NCBI RefSeq assembly: GCF_964213995.1
Contig: NC_135809.1
Coordinates: forward strand, 108,996,001-109,060,000
DNA from: Mustelus asterias
Lineage: Eukaryota
Direction: 5' to 3'
Length of the DNA stretch: 64,000 bases
Every line of letters begins with the position of its first letter. The stretch's first letter is position 1. Both the position numbers and the translations under genes were made by a program. The notes beneath the pieces were generated by a model that was given only the letters and a program-made list of their open reading frames with translations, did no database searches and was not told the origin of the DNA. Of the stretch, positions 55,201 through 62,963 are shown in pieces.

Positions 55201-58200
55201 CAACCTAACCTGCACATCTTTGGACTGTGGGAAGAAACCGGAGCACCCGGAGGAAACCCACGCAGACACGAGGAGAATGTGCAAACTCCACACAGACAGT
55301 GACCCAAGCCGGGAATCGAACCCAGCTCCCTGGAGCTGTGAAGCAGCAGTGCTAACCACTGTGCTACCGTGCCGCCCAAGAGAGGATCTAACCATTAGTC
55401 CTTGACATTCAATGGTGTACCATAGCTGAATCCCCCACTATGGAGAGCTTGGGGATTACAGTTGACCAGAAACTAAACTGGACTAGCCACATACTGAGGC
55501 TACCAGACCAGGTCAAAGGCTAGAAATCCTGTGGTGAGTAACTCACCTCCTGACTTCCCCAAAACCTGTCCACCATCTACAAGGCAAAAGTTAAGAGTAT
55601 ATTGGAGTACTGTACACTTGCTTGGATGAGTACAGCTCCAACAATACTGAAGAAGCTCGACATCATCCAGGACAAAGCAGCTTATTTGACTGACATCCAT
55701 TCTACAAACATTCACTTCCTCCACCACTGACTTGTAGTGACAACCTTGTGTATGTTGTGCCTGCCGCACAGTCTGTTTTAACCCTTATATGATGGACAAA
55801 GAATTGCGAGTAGACTTCTTGTTAGTACAATAATATTTAAAACACACGATCAATAATCACCCACCAAACCAACAATAAGTTATCTTACAGAAAATACTAA
55901 AGTTCAAGTCCAATACGAGACCTTGACTTAACTTTGCGTGACTGGCAAGTACCCAAGCAGATGTTGGCCTTTATCTGTGTGCTGCTCTCTGTAGTCCTCT
56001 GCATAGTCTGGTCCTTTGGTCTGGTCTGGCACTCTGGCTCTGGTCTTCCTTCCTTCTTGGATGTGGTGGCTCTCCTCGTGCTGATCGTTGCTGGTGACGG
56101 TCACCGTTGTCACTCGTTCGTGGGGTCAGAGAGAGAGAGACAGAGCTTCTGTTGTGCCGCAGCTTTTATCCATCCTCGGTTTCGTGTCCTTTTTGGGTGG
56201 TCTCCTGATTCTTGTCAATCAATCGATCGGGGCTTGATCACCCTGATCGATAAGAGTCCAATCAGATGCTGCTATACTGATCTGTGGGTGTGTACCCAAC
56301 GGCCATGCCTGTAGGTGCTGGAGGCACATAGGTCACATACTTCCCTCCCAAATATGGGGTTAAGGCTCCCCTTTGTCTGGTAAACAAGTATGTTTGACCA
56401 GAAAGTTTCCATTGTCTTTGGGATGGCCTATTTCCTGTGTATTCAGTCGTCTGAGTTGCAGCCTGTTAATCTCTGTCTTTTAAGCTGCAGTCTGCTGTTT
56501 CAATTATCCCAGCATGCTCTGTAAATCACCATTTTATGTGGCCCGTTTGGCCACATGTACCATCTACAAGACTCCTGCAGGAACTCACCAAGGCTCCTGA
56601 GACAGCACTTTCCAAACCCATAGCCAGCACCATCTAGAATGACAAGGGTAATAGACACATAAGAATCAATGCTGGGGTACCAACTTTTTATAATTGATGT
56701 AAATGATTTGCATGAAGAGATCAAAAGTATTGTTGCTAAGTTTGCTGATGATGTAGATATAAGTCGGAAAGTAAGTTGGAGGAGAATATAACAAAGCTAC
56801 AAAAGGATGTAGATAAGTTAGATGAGTTGGCAACGATCTGGTAAATGGAGGAGAATATGGGAAAATGTGCAATTGTCCATTTTGGAAGGAATTGTAACAA
56901 GGAAGCACATTATTCAAATGTTAAGAGATTGCAAAGCTCTGGGATGCAGAGGGATCAGTGTGTCCTTGTGCATGAATTAGTGCAAAAGGTTAGAAATTAG
57001 GTACGACAAGTAATCAGGAAAGCAAATAGAACTTTATTGCTTATTGCAAGTGGGTAGGTGTGAATTTGGAGTTGAATTTAAAATCAGATCAGTCATGGAC
57101 TTACTGAATGTTGGAGCAGGCTTGAAGGGCTGAGTGGCCCTCAATGAAGAAAAAAATAAGGTGTGCAAACTTATCATTTATTCACTCATGGGCTGTGGCA
57201 ACCTGTGGCAACATTGACTCATCATACATTTATTGGCATCTGAAAGTTTAATGACAATTTTTTATGAATTTGTGGTAAACCATCGTTGGTTCCCACTGGA
57301 TAGTACTGAGCCAGGGTCTGGCCAGTACTACAAGTATGTACATATGTTGCTGTTGGGCTAGGGATGGGTTGTGCTACTTGTTGCTGCTGGGGTTAGGGTG
57401 GGGTTGTTACACCTTTGTATTGTAGTGTTGTGGTACATCCCAGTCGGGCTCCGCCTCCTGGGAGAGGTATAAAGGTTCCTGCTCTGGCTGGGACCCCTCA
57501 GTCTAGGATCATGTATATAATTGTTAGCTGCTTTGTTACAGCAAATAAAAGCCGGAGTCTGTCATCATCTGTGGTGACCGCTGCGGAGGCTGCCAGGTAG
57601 TCTTCGAAACACTTCAGCCAGTGGTCGAAGGTGTTAGAGGTGCCCACCGCACGTGGATCTAGTGTAAGGCGTTCCGGCTTCAGTATCTGCTCCATACTCT
57701 CTTTTTTTTTCTTCGACGAGAGTTTATTTAAAGCAAATAAAATTGATGCGCGTTATCATACACGAGGCAAATAAAAGCCTTTATTTCCTGAGCATCAAGC
57801 CTCGTGTATGATAACGCGCATCAATTTTATTTGCTGTAAATAAACTCTCATCGAAGAAAAAAAAAGAGAGTATGGAGCAGATACTGAAGCCGGAACGCCT
57901 TACACTAGATCCACGTGCGGTGGGCACCTCTAACACCTTCGACCACTGGCTGAAGTGTTTCGAAGACTACCTGGCAGCCTCCGCAGCGGTCACCACAGAT
58001 GATGACAGACTCCGGGTCCTCCATGCGAGGGTAAGCGACACTGTCTACCTCACGATCCGTGCGGCCATCGATTATACAAAGGCCCTCGAGCTTCTGAAGA
58101 AGCGCTATATCAAACCGCCCAACGAAATACACGCTCGTTACCTCTTAGCCACTCGACGACGGCAGTCTGGCGAAACGATGGAGGAATACGCGAACGAGCT

Positions 58201-61200
58201 CCTACAGCTAGCCAGGGGCTGTAACTGCAAAGTTGTGTCGGCTGAGCAGAGTATGAACGACCTCGCCCGAGATGCGTTTGTGGCGGGAGTCGGATCGTCG
58301 TACATTCGACTTAAACTACTGGAGAAAGGTAACCTTGACCTTACCCAGGCATTAGAGCTAGCGGAGATGCTGGAGGCAGCCTCCAAAAGCCTAGTATTGT
58401 ATCCTGAAGACCACGTGGAGACAACGTGGCAGGAGCAGTCGCCAATCCTTCCTCGTCCCTCGGGTTCGAAATGCTGCGTAATGGCGTGCTCACACTCGGG
58501 CCAGACGACGGCAGCAGCTCCGGGCGGCTCGCGGTGTTACTTCTGTGGGGGAGCGAAGCATACTCGGCAACGGTGTCCCGCTAAAGCTGTGTTGTGCTCC
58601 GCCTGCGGTAAGAAGGGGCACTATTCGAAAGTGTGCCGATCTAAATCTAGGAACGGCAGTGCGGCCTGCGATTCCTCAGAGCCCGGTTCTTCGTCGTCAA
58701 AATCATCGAGGGTTTCGCCCACGTGCGAGGCCAGGACGACGCCATTACGGTCGACAGAGTCGGAGATGTGTGACCACCAGGGGTCGCTGAGTTTGGCGCC
58801 ATCACCCACGTGCGACCTATGGGAGCGGCCATGTTGGTCGGCACCGACCGCGAACGACCAGCAGGGGTCATCCTCGTCGATTTCAGCTGCCTGCAGTGGC
58901 GCTCATGAACCAACGGTGGCGTCGATCATCCTGGACCAGGCCAAGCCTCATAGACTTGACAAATCTATGATGAACATCCAGGTAAATGACCACTTGATTT
59001 ATTGTCTGTTTGACAGCGGGAGCACTGAGAGCTTTATCCACCCAGACATTGTGAAGCGGTGTGGACTCCGGATTCAACCTGTCAAACAGACAATTTCTAT
59101 GGCATCGAGGTCCCGGTCTGTCACCGTGCTAGGGAGTTGCGTGGTAACTTTAATGGTGCAAGGCACAGTTTACGAGCGTTTCAAGCTCCTAGTGTTGCCG
59201 TACCTTTGCGCGCCAATACTTCTCGGACTTAACTTCATGGTCCACTTGAGGAGTGTAACCCTACAGTACGGTGGGCTACTCCCTTCACTGTAGTCTCTCG
59301 ACGCTGAAGATCACCATACCCTCCCTGTTCCAGAATCTTGTGCCAGGCTGCAAGCCCATTGCGACTAAGAGTAGGCGTTACAGCGCTGAGGATCGGATCT
59401 TCATTCGATCTGAGGTTCAGCGGCTCCTCAAAGAAAGGATCATACAACCCAGCGCTAGTCCGTGGAGAGCGCAGGTCGTGGTGGTCAAGAGCGGGAACAA
59501 ACCCCGGATGGTCATTAACTATAGTCAGACCATTAATCGATACACGCAGCTGGATGCGTATCCCCTCCCGCGCATATCTGACATGGTCAATCAGATTGCG
59601 CAGTACCGGGTGTTCTCCACCATAGACCTCAAGTCTGCCTATCACCAACTCCCCATTCGCCCAGAGGACCGACAATACACGGCTTTTGAGGCGGATTGTC
59701 GCTTGTATCACTTTCTCAGGGTTCCCTTTGTTGTCACCAATGGGGTCTCGGTCTTCCAGCGTGCTATGGACCGAATGGTGGACTAGAACGGGCTGCGGGC
59801 TACCTTCCCGTACCTGGATAATGTCACCATCTGCGGCCATGACCAGCAGGACCACGACACGAATCTCCTGAATTTCCTACGCACTGCATCTCGCCTGAAC
59901 CTGACCTACAACAGGAAGAAGTGTGTGTTTCGTACGCGCCGTTTAGTCATCCTAGGATACGTGGTGGAAAACGGGGTCATTGGCCCTGATCCAGACCGTA
60001 TGCGCCCCCTTTCTGAACTTCCCTTACCCACTAGTGCAAAAGCACTGAGAAGATGCTGAGGCTTCTTCTCTTATTATGCGCAGTGGGTTCCCAATTACGC
60101 GGACAAAGCCCGTCCGCTCATTAAGTCCACTACTTTTCCCCTAACGCCAGAGGCCCGATTGGCCTTCGATAAATTAAAAGCCGACATCGCGAAAGCTACG
60201 ATGCACGCTGTTGATGAGTCCATCCCCTTTCAGGTGGAGAGTGATGCATCTGATTTCGCCCTGGCCGCCACACTTAACCAGGCGGGCAGGCCCGTCGCGT
60301 TTTTTTCCCGCACCCTCCAAGGCCCCGGAATCCGGCATTCAGCGGTGGAAAAGGAAGCCCAGGCCATTGTGGAGGCCGTCAGGCACTGGCACCATTACTT
60401 GGCGGGAAAACGGTTCACCCTGATCACGGACCAGCGGTCCGTGGCGTTCATGTTTAATAACACGCAGAGGGGCAAGATCAAGAATGACAAGATCTTGCGG
60501 TGGAGAATTGAACTCTCCACCTATAACTATGACATCATGTATCGTCCAGGGAAACTCAATGAGCCCTCGGATGCCCTCTCGCGTGGAACATGCGCCAGTA
60601 TACAGGAGGACCGTTTGCAGGCTCTCCATTATGACCTATGCCATCCTGGGGTCACTCGGCTCTACCACTTTATAAAAGCCCGCAATCTGCCCTACTCGGT
60701 GGAGGACGTCAGGTCCATAACAAGAAGCTGTCGGGTATGCGCGGAATGCAAACCGCACTTTTACCGACCTGACCGGGCACATTTAGTCAAGGCCACTCGT
60801 CCCTTCGAGAGACTGAGTGTCAATTTTAAGGGCCCCCTTCCCTCAACAGATCGGAATGTGTACTTCCTCAACATCATTGACGAGTACTCTAGATTCCCTT
60901 TTGTTGTTCCCTGCTCTGATACATCCGCTGCCATGGTTATCAAGGCATTCCGTGATCGTTTTACCCTGTTCGGGTACCCTGGCTACATTCACAGCGACAG
61001 GGGCTCGTCGTTCATGAGCAATGACTTGAGGCAATACCTGTTCTCATATGGGATTGCCTCTAGTAGGACCACGAGCTACAACCCTAGGGGTAACGGACAG
61101 GTGGAACATGAGAATGCTACAGTCTGGAAGGCTGTCTTACCGGCGTTGAAGTCAAAAAGCCTTCCAGTCTCCCGTTGGCAAGAGGTGCTCCCTGATGTGC

Positions 61201-62963
61201 TCTATTCTATTCGCTCACTCCTGTGTACGGCAACCAATGCTACTCCCCATGAGAGGATGTTTTCATTCCCTCGGAAGTCTTCCTCGGGGACCTCATTACC
61301 ATCTTGGTTGACGTACTCAGGACCCGTCCTCCTGCGGCGACATGTAAGGGCCCGCAAGTCCGACCCGTTGGTCGAACAGGTCCATCTCCTCCACGCCAAC
61401 CCTCAGTATGCCTATGTGGCATACCCTGACGGGCGAGAGGACAAGGTCTCGATCCGAGACCTGGCGCCAGCAGGGGACGTAGCAACCCCTGTCGCTCCCA
61501 TACCCCCTGTTACAAACCCCTTAACTCTTGTTTCCCCCCCGGACACGGTGCGGGCAGCATCGGGACCATTGCTTAGCCCTTTTACTCCCGTGTACAGCTT
61601 GCCTGAGTCCAGAGGATGGTCGCCACTTCAGGGCGTGTCGGGACACCATGGATTACTGTCACCTCAGGGTCAACCAGCCTGTGAGTCTGTGGATTAACAG
61701 CTGGACATCGCCTTGGGGAGAATGCCACCGCAAGTGCCTACTCCGGTGTCACCGCCGGTATTGAGGAGGTCACAACGACAGTGCGGTCCCCCTGACCATC
61801 TGAACTTATAGACTGATGTCAAATTATTCTGTTTTTGTACCCCGCCGGCCTTTGTTCTCAAAGGAGGGGTGAATGTGGTGAACCATCGTTGGTTCCCACT
61901 GGATAGTACTGAGCCAGGGTCTGGCCAGTACTACAAGTATGTACATATGTTGCTGTTGTGCTACTTGTTGCTGTTGGGGTTAGGGTGGGGTTGTTACACC
62001 TTTGTATTGTAGTGTTGTGGTACATCCCAGTCGGGCTCCGCCTCCTGGGAGAGGTATAAAGGTCCCTGCTCTGGCTGGGACCCCTCAGTCTGGGATCGTG
62101 TATATAATTGGTAGCTGCTTTGTTACAGCAAATAATAGCCCTTATTTCCTGAGCATCAAGCCTCGTGTATGATAACGCGCATCAGAATTATAAAAAGTTG
62201 AGGCACCAGTGACAGTGGGAAGTGGAGGGGGAGGGGTGCGGGGGGCTCTAGGTTCTCATCCCAGTGATGGGAAGTCAACGGGCAAATATTTCCAAGTCAG
62301 CATTGTGTAAATCTTGGAGCAGCCGTAATGATGTTCCCATGCACCTGCTGTCCTAGTTCTTCTAAATGGCCACCGTTGCACATTTAACAGCAATTGAGAA
62401 TGAATTAAAAATAGTCTAATTGTTCATTATTCTTTCCATCAATTCAGTTTGTAATTTGTATCTATAAACAAGAAGGCTGAGAAGAGAATTGGAACAAATA
62501 AGTTTCTGTCACATGAATGCCTTTTGTTTTATAGTTGCGTTAATAATTGGTGATATGAAGAAACCAGAAAAAATTATCGCTGGTGAGAAAATCAATCTGA
62601 GTTGGAAAGTTTCTGTGTTCAGTCCAAGGGAGGTGAATAATTTTGTCACATCTGTGAAGAGGAAAGGGGAGCAGGAAGCAAAGAAGTTATTTCACTGGAA
62701 AATCCCACTGGACAAATTCACAGGACCATTTGCAGTAACTGTCCCTCTCAACAATGTATCACATTTATTTGAGAAAGATGATTCCTTCAGTGCTGAGACA
62801 CCAGAATTACAACGCGAATCTGATGGTTCTTTCTGCATTCCATGTTCCATTACATTGTGTCCTGATGTATCTAAGGATGATGGTGCTGAGTTAATCTTTG
62901 AAGTTAAACAGGAAGGTACTGAGGAACCTTGGACTAAAAGCACAGTACTGAAGGTCACTGCAG
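3955..62963 (+). CDS. NCR3LG1: B7-H6/NCR3LG1-like type I membrane IgSF gene (spliced, partial at both ends): V-C1-TM-linker-[cytoIg + repeat exons]xN
   Basis: 13 predicted exons, each with AG/GT boundaries, phase 1-1 and length divisible by 3, giving one uninterrupted frame. The V domain matches the B7-H6 pattern. The symbol is meant as 'NCR3LG1-like'; orthology is untested. Confidence 0.75.
5013..6834. mobile_element. Composite of two Harbinger-type non-autonomous elements
   Basis: TIRs gggcccaattttacca / tggtaaaatcgggccc; internal end at 5837; TAT on both flanks. Related fragments at 43558-43899 and ~49410-49619. Confidence 0.75.
7155..7475 (+). CDS. NCR3LG1: Exon: IgC1-set domain
   Basis: ccacacag|CA...ACAA|gtgagt, 321 nt. 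C1 motifs CDVTGFYP, ISW, NSDKTFNVSSQL, KYRCVVAH. Confidence 0.9.
7697..8048 (+). mobile_element. tRNA-derived Deu-type SINE (copy 41535-41922)
   Basis: A box tggccgagtgg, B box ggttcaaatcc, ggttcactaatg core, gaatgaataaaaa tail. Confidence 0.75.
8544..8900 (+). mobile_element. HE1/V-SINE-like tRNA SINE
   Basis: cacggtggcacaatggtta head, ctgcgtgggtttcc core, CR1-like tail. Confidence 0.75.
9778..10068 (-). mobile_element. L1-clade (Tx1-like) ORF2 C-terminus and 3' UTR nested in a CR1 fragment (~9480-10160)
   Basis: DCLPLYRGYIRGQVSLEREHAVS...W motif; flanks catcaatcaggta / catcagtcagata. Confidence 0.6.
11758..11859 (+). CDS. NCR3LG1: Exon: transmembrane segment
   Basis: ctctacag|AA...AAAG|gtaaga, 102 nt. 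VIAAIIGVMVLCITLAFGIFIW followed by RRCSK (positive-inside rule). Confidence 0.85.
13050..13560. repeat. C/T-rich low-complexity tract (ccat-rich)
   Basis: Pyrimidine-rich composition gives spurious Pro/Ser/His ORFs in all three frames. Confidence 0.7.
14462..14566 (+). CDS. Exon: juxtamembrane cytoplasmic linker GQNQDDEEKQSFLKKKSPDSGTALCAGPGTPETET
   Basis: ccatccag|GC...ACTA|gtaagc, 105 nt, open in phase 1. An alternative donor CCAG|gtacac at 14545 is also in frame. Confidence 0.7.
15645..16110 (-). mobile_element. Rex1/Babar LINE 3' end (other fragments ~20966-21130, 22600-22697, 23148-23388, 37272-37448, 63266-63443)
   Basis: YTSRCLRKASSIIKD...PSGKRYRS...RLRNS and (aaatc)n tail. Confidence 0.8.
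16399..17432 (-). mobile_element. Young CR1 LINE 3' portion, private to module A
   Basis: GVPQGSVLGP, FADDTK, LVRPHLEYCVQFWSP; (tgttcta)n tail. Confidence 0.9.
17918..18565 (-). mobile_element. Solo LTR (copies at ~32123-32916 and ~51826-52618)
   Basis: TGT...ACA termini, TSD GGAA, AATAAA on the minus strand. Present in all three modules. Confidence 0.75.
20227..20655 (+). CDS. Exon: cysteine-less C1-like Ig domain, copy 1 (predicted cytoplasmic)
   Basis: ttttatag|TT...GCAG|gtaatt, 429 nt, open. Motifs NLSWDVSVFSP, SDGSF, SKDDGAELIFEI and VLKVT parallel the C1 exon. Confidence 0.75.
21134..21260. mobile_element. Short MITE (copies ~26131-26258, 28991-29118, 37453-37560, 63447-63572)
   Basis: gg...atttt(a/c)c ... 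ggtaaaatt...ccc termini. Confidence 0.6.
21287..22590 (-). mobile_element. CR1 LINE fragment (paralogs ~37587-38510 and ~63597-64000)
   Basis: RT-derived ORF remnants and tagaatca tail. Confidence 0.85.
23828..23917 (+). CDS. 90-nt repeat exon GTSSNCSSNTPSEMGVQQDGNEGTGKPDTA
   Basis: tcaacag|GC...GCAG|gtgggt, phase 1-1, open. Confidence 0.65.
24479..24568 (+). CDS. 90-nt repeat exon DASSNGPNNTLSETGKQKFENEGTTNPDNA
   Basis: ttgacag|AT...GCAG|gtgggt, phase 1-1; 651 nt after the previous exon. Confidence 0.65.
26729..26818 (+). CDS. 90-nt repeat exon DASSNGPNDTPSEMGEQKFGNEGTTNPDTT
   Basis: ttgacag|AT...ACAG|gtgggt, phase 1-1. Confidence 0.62.
27538..27636 (+). CDS. 99-nt repeat exon ETTNASSGSPSSSQFETAVPQNQKEVTINPDAE (shifted acceptor)
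   Basis: The ancestral acceptor reads caacaa. An upstream catttag| 9 nt earlier keeps the frame. Donor GAAG|gtgggt. Confidence 0.5.
27820..28913. mobile_element. GC-rich MITE family with TIR gg(c)gcgattctccc...gggagaatc (copies ~19104-19490, 25161-26053, 30133-31248, 50021-51092, 53156-54043)
   Basis: Terminal inverted repeats and shared internal gggcagtgccaagg blocks; no coding capacity. Confidence 0.75.
29589..29678 (+). CDS. 90-nt repeat exon, duplicate of 26729-26818
   Basis: Same sequence and splice sites at an offset of 2860 nt. Confidence 0.6.
31722..31959. mobile_element. Penelope-like element end: 96-bp inverted repeat with minimal hammerhead core
   Basis: Arms 31722-31817 and 31828-31923 (95/96). 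CTGACGA-stem-GAAA at 31833-31857. Empty site at ~51660. Confidence 0.8.
33980..36080 (+). mobile_element. Degenerate CR1-superfamily LINE fragments (paralog ~54660-57140)
   Basis: ggagttcctcagggtagtgtcctaggccc (GVPQGSVLGP) and FADD-like remnants. Confidence 0.7.
34703..35516 (-). mobile_element. Solo LTR inserted in a LINE (copy at 55753-56555)
   Basis: TGT...ACA termini, TSD TGTA; orientation inferred from a minus-strand AATAAA. Confidence 0.75.
36541..36969 (+). CDS. Exon: cysteine-less C1-like Ig domain, copy 2
   Basis: ttttatag|TT...GCAG|gtaatt, 429 nt, open; 12 aa differences from copy 1 by manual count. Confidence 0.7.
40052..40141 (+). CDS. 90-nt repeat exon DTSPNIPNNIPSEMEVQQDANQGTGNPDTA
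   Basis: ttaacag|AC...GCAG|gtgggt; paralog of the 23828 exon in the second module. Confidence 0.62.
40447..42975 (+). mobile_element. 5'-truncated PIF/Harbinger DNA transposon
   Basis: Transposase remnant followed by the right end atggtaaaatagtgcc|taa, which is shared with the MITE at 5013-6834. Confidence 0.8.
40450..41320 (+). pseudogene. Harbinger/HARBI1-like DDE transposase remnant
   Basis: VQGAINCTHI, NRKGFHSLNVQLVCD, PGSMHDSFIL, WLMGDMGYPL, YNEA...RSIVER, CALHN; two in-frame TGA stops. Confidence 0.88.
44391..44601 (+). mobile_element. SINE-like insert headed by U2 snRNA-like sequence
   Basis: 44399-44419 TCTCAGCCTTTTGGCTAAGAT matches U2 nt 7-27 at 20/21 (U2 sequence from memory). 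Hairpin gtctcaac/gttgagac; AATAAA at 44584 plus an A-rich tail. Confidence 0.6.
44806..45090 (-). mobile_element. Solo LTR related to the Gypsy LTR at 57271
   Basis: Reverse complement begins tgtggtgaaccatcgttggttcccactg and shares catcccagtcgggctccgcctcctgggagaggtataa. TSD AGGTT; empty site at ~48030. Confidence 0.9.
46452..47735 (+). mobile_element. Possible LTR-like element
   Basis: Interrupts the repeat unit, ends gattgtaaca, AATAAA at ~47578. No TSD found. Confidence 0.4.
55026..55377 (-). mobile_element. Young HE1/V-SINE-like element (fragment also ~49190-49410)
   Basis: Intact A/B boxes on the minus strand, short aaga duplication, absent from module B (~34335). Confidence 0.85.
57872..59293 (+). 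pseudogene. Gypsy gag-protease ORF
   Basis: Two CCHC knuckles (CYFCGGAKH...C; CSACGKKGH...C) and protease motif LFDSGS. The frame shifts before RT. Confidence 0.9.
59292..61697 (+). pseudogene. Gypsy pol (RT-RNaseH-integrase) with in-frame stops
   Basis: IDLKSAYHQ, YLDNVTI, ESDASD and HHCC motifs. Stops TAG 59784 and TGA 60057. Integrase VNFKGP has N at the usual first catalytic D. Confidence 0.9.
62535..62963 (+). CDS. Exon: cysteine-less C1-like Ig domain, copy 3
   Basis: ttttatag|TT...GCAG|gtaatt, 429 nt, open; 9 aa differences from copy 2 by manual count. Confidence 0.68.

Larger units (their letters stand above)
57271..62184 (+). mobile_element. Full-length defective Ty3/Gypsy LTR retrotransposon
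   Basis: TG...CA LTRs at 57271-57823 (with an insert) and 61874-62184; TSD GAATT; empty site at ~36196 in module B; PPT aaaggaggggtgaa; domain order gag-PR-RT-RH-IN. Confidence 0.95.

Noticed and set aside
57498-57695. Independent minus-strand gag gene
   Set aside because: It is the inverted duplicate arm of the fold-back; only 48 gag codons
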